Assembly: GCA_964521125.1 (NCBI GenBank)
Contig: CAZFPP010000001.1
Location: 12,439-76,438, forward strand
Reading direction: 5' to 3'
Source of the DNA: an uncultured Clostridia bacterium
Lineage (GTDB): Bacteria; Bacillota; Clostridia; Christensenellales; Borkfalkiaceae
DNA length: 64,000 bases
Shown here: piece by piece, positions 55,244 to 64,000 of the stretch
Position numbering within the stretch: position 1 is the stretch's first letter
How the letters are laid out: every line of letters starts with the position of its first letter
The notes under the pieces: model-generated
The model's database searches: none
The model's input: the letters and a program-made list of their open reading frames with translations, nothing else
Told to the model about the DNA's origin: nothing
Position numbers and translations under genes: made by a program

Positions 55244-56439
55244 AATATTACCCCCGAAGAACAGACGAGCAGGAGAAGAGTGAGAAAATAAAGAAAGGCA
55301 ACGCATAACAATCCCGCAACAAAAAAACCCATATCGCTTGCTAATCGGGATAAAAACGCAGAGGTTTTTCCTCCGACAGGCTCTGTTGCCGTTGCCGCGA
55401 TTCGCAAAAAAATCTGGAATACGGCAAGTAGCATCAATGGTTTTAAAAGTGTTGCTATAAGTAAAAATATAGAAAATGCACCGAGTGCGTTTTTTATAAG
55501 CGCGCTACCGGCCAAAACAAAATCAACGCTTCCCGACAAAAATCCCCCCACCAAAGGTACCGAGCCCGATATGACATACTTGACAGCCCGAAGCGAAAGA
55601 CCGTCGTATTGCGACGAAGCGATTCCTTGCACCGTTAAAAAGAGAGTAAATAATCCAAGTGAGAATCCGATAATCCATTTATTGATACCTTTAAAAAAAT
55701 CGCCGAGCTTTTCCGTTCGCACTTCATTAGACAGATTGCCGATAAAAGCAAGGATGATCACAACAATCGAGAGCGGCATAACGATAGAAGAAAAGATTTC
55801 GGTAATTGTACCGCTCATAAAAGCGACTGCCGGACGATAGACTGCTACCGACGCCGTTCCTCCGCTTGCCGCCATTAAGGTCAGCAAAATGGGAAATATT
55901 ATCTCCATTTGCGTTTGCATTGTTGTGATTGCGGTGAATCCTGAAGATAATACATTGATCAGGCAAGAAAGCACGACTGCACCGACAGCAATATATCCAA
56001 CAAAGTTTATTATTTCAGACATATTACTATTCATAAACCCGCTTTTCGCTGAGTTTAAGATACCGCAAAGCAATGAAACGGCAAGGATTACGGCAAAAGC
56101 AGGAAAAAGCGATTGCGTCTCTTCCCAAATCAAATTGACCATGCTCTTTATTAGAGAAGAATAATCAAGCGAAAAATCGCCTGTGATGACGCTCAATATC
56201 TTATCTTTAATCGATATACCATTATTGACAGAGAGAGAATCAAGATAGTTTTGCAGTTCTTCTATGTCGAGCTCGCCAATTAAATCTATAATCGTTTGCG
56301 TAAGCTTTTCCTGTGCGTCTTGATCTGTTTCGGCGGTAGCTACATAACAAGAAGGCACAGTAAACCATAACGTAATCATGAACAAAACTGCGAGGATGAG
56401 AAGGCAGACTCTCCTTTGTCGTTTAAAGAGTTTATTCAT
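55240..56439 (-). CDS. spoIIIAE: stage III sporulation protein AE
   Basis: 399-aa polytopic membrane protein with a signal-like N-terminus. Operon position 5. ATGA overlap with spoIIIAD. Confidence 0.9.
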   Translation of the reverse strand: MNKLFKRQRRVCLLILAVLFMITLWFTVPSCYVATAETDQDAQEKLTQTIIDLIGELDIEELQNYLDSLSVNNGISIKDKILSVITGDFSLDYSSLIKSMVNLIWEETQSLFPAFAVILAVSLLCGILNSAKSGFMNSNMSEIINFVGYIAVGAVVLSCLINVLSSGFTAITTMQTQMEIIFPILLTLMAASGGTASVAVYRPAVAFMSGTITEIFSSIVMPLSIVVIILAFIGNLSNEVRTEKLGDFFKGINKWIIGFSLGLFTLFLTVQGIASSQYDGLSLRAVKYVISGSVPLVGGFLSGSVDFVLAGSALIKNALGAFSIFLLIATLLKPLMLLAVFQIFLRIAATATEPVGGKTSAFLSRLASDMGFFVAGLLCVAFLYFLTLLLLVCSSGVIF

Positions 56440-56831
56440 TCTATCAACCCAAGAAGCTGTATAATCAATGACAGCACGCTTTCAATAATTGGGATCGCAA
56501 GAAGGAGTACGATAATTTTTCCGCAGAATACGAGCTTGTCTGCAAGTGAACTTTGTCCGAAATCATTAAGGATTCCCGTACTAAATTCTATTAGATAACC
56601 GATCCCTATCATTTTTAATAGTATTTTTATGAGCGATGAATTGATTCCGGTAAGGTTCGCGATTTCATGAAAGATCCCGATTGCATCTTGTAGCATATCA
56701 AATACAAATAACAGGAGAATAACGCTGCCCGCAATCGTGACGGCAAAAGCAAGTTCCGGTTTTGTATTCCGCAAGATTAGCGCGGAGACCGCAGTTAAAA
56801 ATGCAATACCTACGAGTTGAAATATCTCCAT
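56436..56831 (-). CDS. spoIIIAD: stage III sporulation protein AD
   Basis: 131-aa, 4-TM protein at operon position 4. Confidence 0.88.
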   Translation of the reverse strand: MEIFQLVGIAFLTAVSALILRNTKPELAFAVTIAGSVILLLFVFDMLQDAIGIFHEIANLTGINSSLIKILLKMIGIGYLIEFSTGILNDFGQSSLADKLVFCGKIIVLLLAIPIIESVLSLIIQLLGLIE

Positions 56832-56832
56832 A

Positions 56833-57030
56833 TCACGATATCCCGAAAATTTCCTGTATCAGACTGAATAGATCGCCGATCATTGTCACGGCGATTGTCA
56901 AGACCAATACCAATCCAACGATAGATACTACGGTTGCTACGTCTTCTCGATCGGATTTTTTTAATATCTGGCAAACAACTGTAATAATGATTCCAATTGC
57001 GGCTAATTTAAATATGATTGAGATATCCAT
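56833..57030 (-). CDS. spoIIIAC: stage III sporulation protein AC
   Basis: 65-aa, 2-TM protein (MDISIIFKLAAIGIIITVVCQILKKS...) at operon position 3. Confidence 0.88.
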   Translation of the reverse strand: MDISIIFKLAAIGIIITVVCQILKKSDREDVATVVSIVGLVLVLTIAVTMIGDLFSLIQEIFGIS

Positions 57031-57501
57031 TTACACAATCAGAATGACGAACGCCAGCCCCGCCAAAAGTCCGAGTTTTAAGTAGAGCTCGTTTCGTGTT
57101 TTTGCCTCCTTTTCACTTTCTGTCTTTTTTTCGTTTAACACTTCGGTTTGTGCGCTAAAATATCCGCTTTGAGTTCTTGAATCCCCCTTTCCCAACATAG
57201 AAAAATAGTCATATAAATAGTTTCGTTCATCTTTGCTCAGAAAAGAAAAATTTACTTCGATGAAATGTTTTTTTTGTAATTCGTCAATTATTTTTCCAAA
57301 TTCTTTTGAATACTTGTAGCTCGCCAAAAAGCTTGAAAGCGGTTTGCGCGCATAGGACAGTTCGTTAAGATATCGTGTGTTAAAAGCGGAAAGTTGGGCG
57401 AAAAACAGCTTGCGGGATCGGTATTTTTCTGCTGCGAAATATCCGAGCAGAATACAGAATCCGATTACCGCGCCTCCCAGCAAAAGCTTAATCCAGCTCA
57501 T
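57031..57501 (-). CDS. spoIIIAB: stage III sporulation protein AB
   Basis: 156-aa ORF with an N-terminal TM and a GspF-like helical domain. Operon position 2. Confidence 0.87.
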   Translation of the reverse strand: MSWIKLLLGGAVIGFCILLGYFAAEKYRSRKLFFAQLSAFNTRYLNELSYARKPLSSFLASYKYSKEFGKIIDELQKKHFIEVNFSFLSKDERNYLYDYFSMLGKGDSRTQSGYFSAQTEVLNEKKTESEKEAKTRNELYLKLGLLAGLAFVILIV

Positions 57502-58327
57502 TACCGTTTTCTCCTAAAATATTACCAACCTTTCCAAGTCCGTTAAGAAACACATAGCGTGAGAATAATAAATCCGGAATATCCGTAAAATGCGTTAAAT
57601 GAGCGGAAGCAAACACGATAATTCCCCCATCTACCGCTCTTTTCACAGCGACATAGTCCTCGGGAAGAAGCTCGTCCGTAACGATAACGTCCGGTCGCAT
57701 TGCTCTGATTCCCGCAGTAAATGCCGTTAATTTATCCGCAAAACGGATGCAATCGCTCGTCACGCCAAGATCTCCGGCAGACAGTTCCCCCCTCTCGTCG
57801 CTAATTAGAACGTTTAAAAGGGTTCGTTCGCAAACAAGACGAGCAAGATCGCGTAACAGCGTGGTTTTTCCTTCTCCGGGAGGAGAAAGTAACAACAAGG
57901 AACATATTCCTTCACGAAAACACCGGCGATAAATTTCCTCTGCACAGCCTTTTATTGCATGAGGTATGCGCACGCAAAGCGACGTGATTGTATGTATGGA
58001 AAGTACTCCGTTTCCGTCGTAGACAAAATTTCCGGCTATTCCGATCCGTTCGCCGTCTTTTGCCGTAACAAAACCGCGTTTGATTTGATTTTCTACTGAA
58101 TAGATACTGTAACCGCTTGCCGCGAACAAAGTGTCCTCCACTTCTTCCTTTGTGGGATACAACGAGTCTTTGGCGGAGACTACGACTCCTGTTTCTCCCA
58201 TAAAGCAGAAAATTCCCGCAATATTGGCGCGTAGCGGCTTTTCCGCTCGGATCCTGAGTTCATATAAATGATGGAGATTAACATGTCGTACAGCGTCTTT
58301 TATGCGATCTGGAAGGAATGCGAGCAT
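57488..58327 (-). CDS. spoIIIAA: stage III sporulation protein AA (secretion-type ATPase)
   Basis: 279-aa ORF with Walker A LLSPPGEGKTTLLRDL. LPDRIKDAVRHVNLHHLYELRIRAEKPL aligns with the B. subtilis SpoIIIAA N-terminus as I remember it. Confidence 0.92.
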   Translation of the reverse strand: MLAFLPDRIKDAVRHVNLHHLYELRIRAEKPLRANIAGIFCFMGETGVVVSAKDSLYPTKEEVEDTLFAASGYSIYSVENQIKRGFVTAKDGERIGIAGNFVYDGNGVLSIHTITSLCVRIPHAIKGCAEEIYRRCFREGICSLLLLSPPGEGKTTLLRDLARLVCERTLLNVLISDERGELSAGDLGVTSDCIRFADKLTAFTAGIRAMRPDVIVTDELLPEDYVAVKRAVDGGIIVFASAHLTHFTDIPDLLFSRYVFLNGLGKVGNILGENGNELD

Positions 58328-58333
58328 TACTAT

Positions 58334-58362
58334 ACTATATGGGACAAGGTTTTAATTTATGA
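58334..58362 (-). promoter_or_regulatory. candidate sigmaE-type promoter of the spoIIIA operon
   Basis: Read on the minus strand: TCATAAA (58362-58356), 14-nt spacer, CATATAGT (58341-58334). Only 6 nt (ATAGTA) separate the -10 from the ATG at 58327, and there is no Shine-Dalgarno. Confidence 0.4.
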
Positions 58363-58370
58363 TTTATAAT

Positions 58371-58401
58371 AAAAAAAACCGACCGCTTCAAGCAGTCGGT
58401 T
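58371..58401 (-). terminator. intrinsic terminator after the GH51 gene
   Basis: Read on the minus strand: AACCGAC-TGCTTGAAGCG-GTCGGTT followed by a T8 run. Confidence 0.75.
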
Positions 58402-58416
58402 CTCCCTTACACTAAT

Positions 58417-61020
58417 TTATTCAATTACAAAAATGTTGAGACTGTTATTTTTTAACGTCGCAGTAAGTACGTTATCTTTAACGGCTATTTCACTCTTTGT
58501 CGGTTCAATATTATGTCGTTTCCCAAATTTAACGCCAATTTCATTGATGACCGTGGGATCTTCGTGCCAAAGAGTTGTAACGGATGCTTTACACTTTGTG
58601 CCAAAATTTACAAGATCTGCCGTAAGCTCTTCATCTTCTCCCGATACGTTGACGACTTTCAAATATATTTTCCCGTCATCGCCGACTGTCGTACTCTGGA
58701 AAATACGCTCATTGACTTTCCAAATATTTTTGAAAAGAACCTCGTGCCACGCTTCATCTTTGTAAATAGAAGCAGTGAACGTCTTTTTTGTATAGACAAG
58801 TTTCATTTGATTCCCTTCGGGGCTGTACCCAAGGAATTTATCTTTTCCCATCATTTCACATACGGTACGAATGAAATCCACGCGTTTATCAAAAGAGACG
58901 TCATAGCCCTTATGATTTTTACCGTACTGACAGCAGATAGAGAAACCTGCGCAATCCATCGTACCTGCGTCACGTACATTGGAAACGCCTACGCCGGTGA
59001 TAAAACTCTGTTCGCCTGAGAGCCGAACGAAATCAATGAGCACTTCACACTCGGAGAAATCCTGTGCGTCGTAATAGAAACCGTTGAATGCGTCGCTCTC
59101 TTCAATGATCAGTTTCCCGTTCTCAATATGTCCGCCCCGACAGTTGGGATAAACTTTCCATCCGCCAAGTCCGTCTTTAAAATCGTGATGATAGATCGTT
59201 TTCCCCGTCGCAAGGTCGGTTACCGTGACGGAAGAAACCGCATTTGCAGTTCTATGTCCTCCGATAAGAAGTCCCCCTGCATTATCGTCGTTTACGGGTG
59301 AGACATCGGTTAAAGTATATTTTCCCGTGTTCGCGGCAAACATCTGCTGGACATAATAGTTAGGCGTCAGCATAATGTCACGGGCATTGAACCAAATCAT
59401 ATCGGGAGTCCAACGATAATTATAAGTTGCCGCAAATAGCGGGGCATAGCATGTCATCTTTACAACATCGGAATTTCTTTCGCAACCTGTAAGAAAGGCT
59501 GCTTCCGCTAATGCCGAACGCAAGTTGTTATCGCCGTTCAACCGACCTCTGCCGTCGGCCATAGTATGCATTGCATACTCGCCCATAAACACTTTTGCGC
59601 CGTCGCGGTCGTAGCAATCGTAACGTTTGGTATTATCGATAAACCATTGATAGGAATTATAGACGTGTTCGTCCACAATCATGTCTCTGTACTTTTCATT
59701 AATAATCTTCCAGGACTCGTTTGTATCGGAAGGACGAATATCCACGCCGCATGTTGTCACAACGGTGATATCAAAGAGTTTGAGAAGATCTGTCTGACGG
59801 CCTTTATACATGTATTGACGAACGCCCAAAAGGCAGGAGGCAAAGTTATCGAAATATTCATAGCCCCAGTTCTCGTTTCCGATTCCAATATATTTCAGTT
59901 CGAAAGGATCCGGGTGTCCCATGTCCGAACGCACTTTTGCCCAATAAGATTCGTTTTTATCTGTTGAGGAAATATCGCCTTTCGCAAAGAAAATAAGATC
60001 TGCAACATTGTCTATGACTTCCTTTTGGAACTTTTCCGTTCCGGGAACAATGCGCTGATATCCCGTTTTTCTCTGTTCTCCCATCCTTATCTGACAAATT
60101 ACGCCACAATGAAGAACAGGAAGCGGCGTCATATTTAAATCTTCGCAGAGCGCAAAATATTCATAGAATCCAATGCCATAAGATTGCAGGTACCGCCATA
60201 CGTTAGGTATTTGTTTTCGTTGCTCTAAAGGACCTACCGTATTTCTCCAACGGTATTGATACTCAAAATCAACGTCGCCTTCTACCACGCATCCTCCGGG
60301 GAAACGCATAAACGACGGATGACAGTCTTTTAAAACTTGTACAAGTCGGGGAGAAAGTTTCCCGTTTCTGTATTTATCAGGATCGCCCCACGTTTTTGAG
60401 GGAAGCAACGAAACGTAATCAATTCCTATTTTTCCGTTCCCTTCAAAAACAATACAAAGTCTACCCATAGTGTCTTTTTCCGCCACTACAGAGGTGGTTA
60501 CTTTTATCCATTCTCCATCGGCGCCTTCCGGAATTTGAATGATGCCGATAGAAGTATGTCTGCCGTGCGCGCCTTTAATGAATACTTTCGCGATGCCCTT
60601 AAAGCCGAGCCGTTTTATAAACATGGAAAAATTATATGTTTCTCCGTTTTCTACGGGCATACCATACATATCGTAGCCGCCATTCGTATAATAACCGGGA
60701 TTTTCCAAATGATAGATCCCGCCGATATCCAAGTGAAGATAGGAGGGATTATTTGCGTTCATTCCTCCCTTTTTCGTGATTTTTTTGGGACCGGCGCCAT
60801 ATATATCCCAGTAAAAACCATTTTGTTTGCGGGCCTCCACGGCGCTCTCCGCATCGAAATCGTCATATGAGAAATACTCGAACTCAAACGAGTTATTGAT
60901 AACCATCTCTGCATTTAAGCCGCCGTCTGCCGCCTGGTTGATATCTTCGAAGAATAATCCGTACAGATGATCGGAAACATCAATTCCTTTTTTGTTTGCA
61001 TCCAAAGTAAAATGAACCAT
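58417..61020 (-). CDS. long-form GH51 alpha-L-arabinofuranosidase-like glycoside hydrolase, no signal peptide
   Basis: N-terminal LYGLFFEDINQAADGGLNAEMVINNSFEF and IGIGNENWG are long-type GH51 signatures. About 300 extra C-terminal residues. ATG at 61020 follows GGGGGAG. Confidence 0.75.
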   Translation of the reverse strand: MVHFTLDANKKGIDVSDHLYGLFFEDINQAADGGLNAEMVINNSFEFEYFSYDDFDAESAVEARKQNGFYWDIYGAGPKKITKKGGMNANNPSYLHLDIGGIYHLENPGYYTNGGYDMYGMPVENGETYNFSMFIKRLGFKGIAKVFIKGAHGRHTSIGIIQIPEGADGEWIKVTTSVVAEKDTMGRLCIVFEGNGKIGIDYVSLLPSKTWGDPDKYRNGKLSPRLVQVLKDCHPSFMRFPGGCVVEGDVDFEYQYRWRNTVGPLEQRKQIPNVWRYLQSYGIGFYEYFALCEDLNMTPLPVLHCGVICQIRMGEQRKTGYQRIVPGTEKFQKEVIDNVADLIFFAKGDISSTDKNESYWAKVRSDMGHPDPFELKYIGIGNENWGYEYFDNFASCLLGVRQYMYKGRQTDLLKLFDITVVTTCGVDIRPSDTNESWKIINEKYRDMIVDEHVYNSYQWFIDNTKRYDCYDRDGAKVFMGEYAMHTMADGRGRLNGDNNLRSALAEAAFLTGCERNSDVVKMTCYAPLFAATYNYRWTPDMIWFNARDIMLTPNYYVQQMFAANTGKYTLTDVSPVNDDNAGGLLIGGHRTANAVSSVTVTDLATGKTIYHHDFKDGLGGWKVYPNCRGGHIENGKLIIEESDAFNGFYYDAQDFSECEVLIDFVRLSGEQSFITGVGVSNVRDAGTMDCAGFSICCQYGKNHKGYDVSFDKRVDFIRTVCEMMGKDKFLGYSPEGNQMKLVYTKKTFTASIYKDEAWHEVLFKNIWKVNERIFQSTTVGDDGKIYLKVVNVSGEDEELTADLVNFGTKCKASVTTLWHEDPTVINEIGVKFGKRHNIEPTKSEIAVKDNVLTATLKNNSLNIFVIE

Positions 61021-61085
61021 AAAAACTCCCCCTAAGTCCTTTTGTTTTTTCAAGCATTTGTGGAATGGACCGAACCACCGTCCAT

Positions 61086-61114
61086 ATTATAACAATCATT
61101 TTCACATTCGTCAA
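61086..61114 (-). promoter_or_regulatory. sigmaA-type promoter of the GH51 gene
   Basis: Read on the minus strand: TTGACG (61114-61109), 17-nt spacer, TATAAT (61091-61086). A TGGAC...GTCCA hairpin lies in the leader. Confidence 0.55.
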
Positions 61115-61143
61115 GATTTTGCGGAATAATTTTATGATGCATA

Positions 61144-62742
61144 CTAACTTTTTTCACATTCTTCCTTGCGCTTTCGAAGTTTGTTTTTTACATTATTTAC
61201 AATCTTGCCAATGTAGTGTCTAAAATCTTTATCAGAAAGGATTGCAATAAGACAGGGCGGCACGGAAATTGCAACGGCGATGAATCCATTGACAAGCAAT
61301 TCCAGAAACTCCCCTTTCATGGATAGCGTTTCGTTTCCTATTGAGACCATGCAGAAATGTAATGCGATAAGCGCACAAACAAATAAAGCAATGTACAGAT
61401 AGTTTTTTATATAATACTGTGTTGCTTTTTCGTGAAATGCATATTTGTAAAGTACGTGCGGTTCTACGACATGACATATAAAAATATTTGTCAGGATTGT
61501 CGCTACAATGACGCCGACGACGCCGATTTCGTCAGCTGTGTTTTTTAAAAGTATTACAAAGATAATCGATAAAATGATATTGAGAATTCCTTCGATAAAC
61601 GGTTTCCATCTGTCGTTGTAAAACGTTCCCGTAGCGTCTCGGAACAATAACGTTGCTTGCCGCATGAATTGAATAAAATAATTGAGCGTAATGACAAAGG
61701 AAACGGATCTCGCCATGACAAGACTGCCCGTAAGTCCTTTATCGAAGCAGATTGTAACAAGATTATCGATAATTCCGTAATATCCGAGAAAGAAAACCGT
61801 TCCGATTATGAAATTAAAAGTATGGAAAAAATGATAGTATTTTTTCAGTCCTTCCCCGCTTTCTTCTACATATAAATGTCCTATAATGGAAGTCAACGGA
61901 GTAAAAAATAGCGAAATAACGCTAACCATTGCCGAAGAGATAATTGTGTAATTGGTATATTTCCCCAAGATTACCACGCCGAGGAATGCAGAAATTATCA
62001 CACTGTCGGCGGTATTCACAAGAGTACCGCCGATCTTGTGCATGAACATCGCTTTAACGTTACGGACAACTTCTTTTTTTGTCTCTTCGTCAACGGATTG
62101 CTTGTCTTTTATGATATCTTTATAATTATATCTTGCGATTATTTCCGTGATAAACCATTGAAAGACGGATCCCCCGATAGCACAAACCAGATACCACACA
62201 AAGGAGCCTGTGCATAAAATGACGATTATTTGTGCAGCAAATTGCAAAAGTTGACCGATCGAAGATATCGCCGACGTGATATAATTATTTTTGTAAGCAT
62301 TGATCAATGAGGTTTTAGAACTGAAGGCATATGTGATAACGGTTGCCAGCAGAACTAGAAAGAATGTAAGATAGAGATTAACGTCTAATTCAGCATAATC
62401 GCTTGCAAAGTACTTTAAAAAAGGGATTAAGATACATCCGCATACAAGAATAATTGCTCCGATCAATATATAAAGACGCGAAAAAAGATGGTACAGCGCA
62501 GAAACTTTCTTTGTATTTCCCTCTACGATGGGTTTATACATACAAAAAATGATCGCACTCCCTACGCCCAATTCCGCAACCGCGAGAAAGCCGATGATAC
62601 TGGTATATAACGAATTTAAGCCGTTGACTCCGTCCCCGATATAATTGATCAAGTATCTCCTTACAAAGAGAGAACCGATTAATATTAAGATCTTAAAAAA
62701 TATGGAGACGACGACGTTTTTCACTCCTCTTTTTTTATCCAA
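61144..62742 (-). CDS. polysaccharide/oligosaccharide flippase (MOP superfamily, Wzx-like)
   Basis: 532-aa ORF with about 14 hydrophobic segments. N-terminal KNVVVSIFFKILILIGSLFVRRYLINYIG is typical of Wzx/polysaccharide biosynthesis proteins. Confidence 0.75.
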   Translation of the reverse strand: MDKKRGVKNVVVSIFFKILILIGSLFVRRYLINYIGDGVNGLNSLYTSIIGFLAVAELGVGSAIIFCMYKPIVEGNTKKVSALYHLFSRLYILIGAIILVCGCILIPFLKYFASDYAELDVNLYLTFFLVLLATVITYAFSSKTSLINAYKNNYITSAISSIGQLLQFAAQIIVILCTGSFVWYLVCAIGGSVFQWFITEIIARYNYKDIIKDKQSVDEETKKEVVRNVKAMFMHKIGGTLVNTADSVIISAFLGVVILGKYTNYTIISSAMVSVISLFFTPLTSIIGHLYVEESGEGLKKYYHFFHTFNFIIGTVFFLGYYGIIDNLVTICFDKGLTGSLVMARSVSFVITLNYFIQFMRQATLLFRDATGTFYNDRWKPFIEGILNIILSIIFVILLKNTADEIGVVGVIVATILTNIFICHVVEPHVLYKYAFHEKATQYYIKNYLYIALFVCALIALHFCMVSIGNETLSMKGEFLELLVNGFIAVAISVPPCLIAILSDKDFRHYIGKIVNNVKNKLRKRKEECEKS

Positions 62743-62790
62743 TTTGAAATCCTTCTATCCGATTTAATTATATTATTTAGGTCTCCTTCT

Positions 62791-63939
62791 TTAAAAGGCA
62801 AACTGATAGGGTATCGAGCCGGTATAATCCAAAAAGTATACCGCTACGATCCAATATACTAATGGGATTGCAATACAAGCTACGTCTGAAACAAGCCTGC
62901 GATCTTTCATCACCCCTTTCAACATATCGTATGTTAAAGGCAATGAGACGACTGAATAAATCATGAAATAAAGTTGCAATCTTCCAAAGCTGGCAAAATA
63001 GGATGACATATTGAACAGTGACAGGAAACTCAACGACATAAAAAATAGAAAGCCGCCCAATATTTCTTTACGGTTTCTGAAATAATAAATCCCTGTCACA
63101 ACCGTGGTACATAGACATATAAACAACCATGACAAATTGATGTTGCGTTCACCATAATCAACGTCAAATATTTCGCCTTGATATTTATCTCCAACCAATC
63201 CTATCCAATTAAGCACTTTCATGAGCATATAGAATATCTGAATACTAAAAACAGCAAAAACAAAAAGCGCAACGGTTAATAAAGCTTTCAATACGGAATT
63301 TTTACTTTTTACGATCAGATAAACTATAACGATATAGACAAAGAGAATCGATGCAACATGAATCGTGCAAGATACTACAAACGGAACGATAGCACGAAAA
63401 TATTTGCGATTGAGAATAACGGTAAATGCATAAAACAGCAATGCACAGGTTATTAGCTGGCGCACTTGATTGAGCGAATTGTTGTAAAATAAGCAATAGT
63501 AGACGAACATGGACGCCCAATACGGGATCGGACGTGTCGTTGTTTGATTGTTCTTCTGATAAATCCTGATTTGTCGGATCCCCTGTAAGACGGGAATATA
63601 ACAGAGAAGTGCGTTTATGAAAAAGATCCCCCATAAACCGCCGAAAAGTTTGCTTGCAAAATATCCGATGAATGCATAACCGTAATCTAAATACTCCAAT
63701 GCAGGATCTTGTTTCATATTATCCAAAAAAGCCGCCATGCTTTCGGAACGCTTGGAACAGAGATAAAGCGGTTTCATATAAGTGGTAACGTCTATTCCAA
63801 CGTTTTCCGCTCTTAAAGTCGCCAATAGAATGGGTAACGATATCGCGAGAATCATGCCCGCAATACGAATACTTATATGTTTGTTTTCTGTGACCCCCAT
63901 GATTAGTGTCGATGAAAAAAATACAAGAAGATATATCAT
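62791..63939 (-). CDS. EpsG-family membrane protein (putative polysaccharide polymerase)
   Basis: 382-aa polytopic, Tyr/Phe-rich protein directly upstream of the flippase. Composition and topology are typical of EpsG/Wzy-like proteins. Confidence 0.6.
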   Translation of the reverse strand: MIYLLVFFSSTLIMGVTENKHISIRIAGMILAISLPILLATLRAENVGIDVTTYMKPLYLCSKRSESMAAFLDNMKQDPALEYLDYGYAFIGYFASKLFGGLWGIFFINALLCYIPVLQGIRQIRIYQKNNQTTTRPIPYWASMFVYYCLFYNNSLNQVRQLITCALLFYAFTVILNRKYFRAIVPFVVSCTIHVASILFVYIVIVYLIVKSKNSVLKALLTVALFVFAVFSIQIFYMLMKVLNWIGLVGDKYQGEIFDVDYGERNINLSWLFICLCTTVVTGIYYFRNRKEILGGFLFFMSLSFLSLFNMSSYFASFGRLQLYFMIYSVVSLPLTYDMLKGVMKDRRLVSDVACIAIPLVYWIVAVYFLDYTGSIPYQFAF

Positions 63940-64000
63940 AATGTATCGTTTATCAGATCAAGCCAACGATTAATAATCGTTTTTAACGCAAATCGTTTAC

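Overview
This 64-kb window looks like ordinary chromosomal backbone from an endospore-forming Firmicute with Clostridia-type gene order. No taxon can be assigned without a database search. All functional calls come from reading motifs in the supplied translations and in my own translations; no homology search was run.

I count about 59 protein-coding genes, two convergent tRNA-Thr genes and one lysine riboswitch. The blocks, in order:
- A truncated DUF815 ATPase, then ilvC.
- serC-serA, RNase J, and a tRNA-modification pair (O-methyltransferase plus peptidase U32).
- A DAG-kinase-like lipid kinase and the tRNA-Thr pair.
- Two PLP-dependent C-S lyases.
- An L-box-controlled asd-dapA-dapB operon.
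- A tightly packed operon: DUF624 membrane protein, SAM methyltransferase, Hsp33 and two uncharacterised repeat proteins.
- spoIVA, then a complete glycogen operon glgBCDAP plus a GH13 enzyme.
- A tyrosine recombinase, a small 8-Cys protein and lexA.
- rluB, dacB-like, ytfJ/ytfI-like, scpAB, an M50-like protease, lysA and a second S11 carboxypeptidase.
- The classical spoIVB-recN-argR-nadK-tlyA-ispA-folD-nusB-asp23-spoIIIAH..AA block.
- A long GH51 arabinofuranosidase and the start of an AT-rich polysaccharide locus (Wzx flippase, EpsG-like polymerase).

I found no CRISPR array, IS element, transposase, prophage module, toxin-antitoxin pair or recognisable defence system. I see no convincing novel multi-gene system, and all interest scores are deliberately moderate or low. 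The observations most worth a second look are:
- A ScpB C-terminal tail ending in an FtsZ-like EIPDFLR peptide.
- The Hsp33 operon with two large unknown repeat proteins directly upstream of spoIVA.
- A recombinase whose promoter abuts a perfect 14-bp inverted repeat and places the ATG at the predicted transcription start.
- A small 8-Cys protein divergent from lexA.
- An unusually short SpoIIIAG that seems to lack the beta-barrel insertion.
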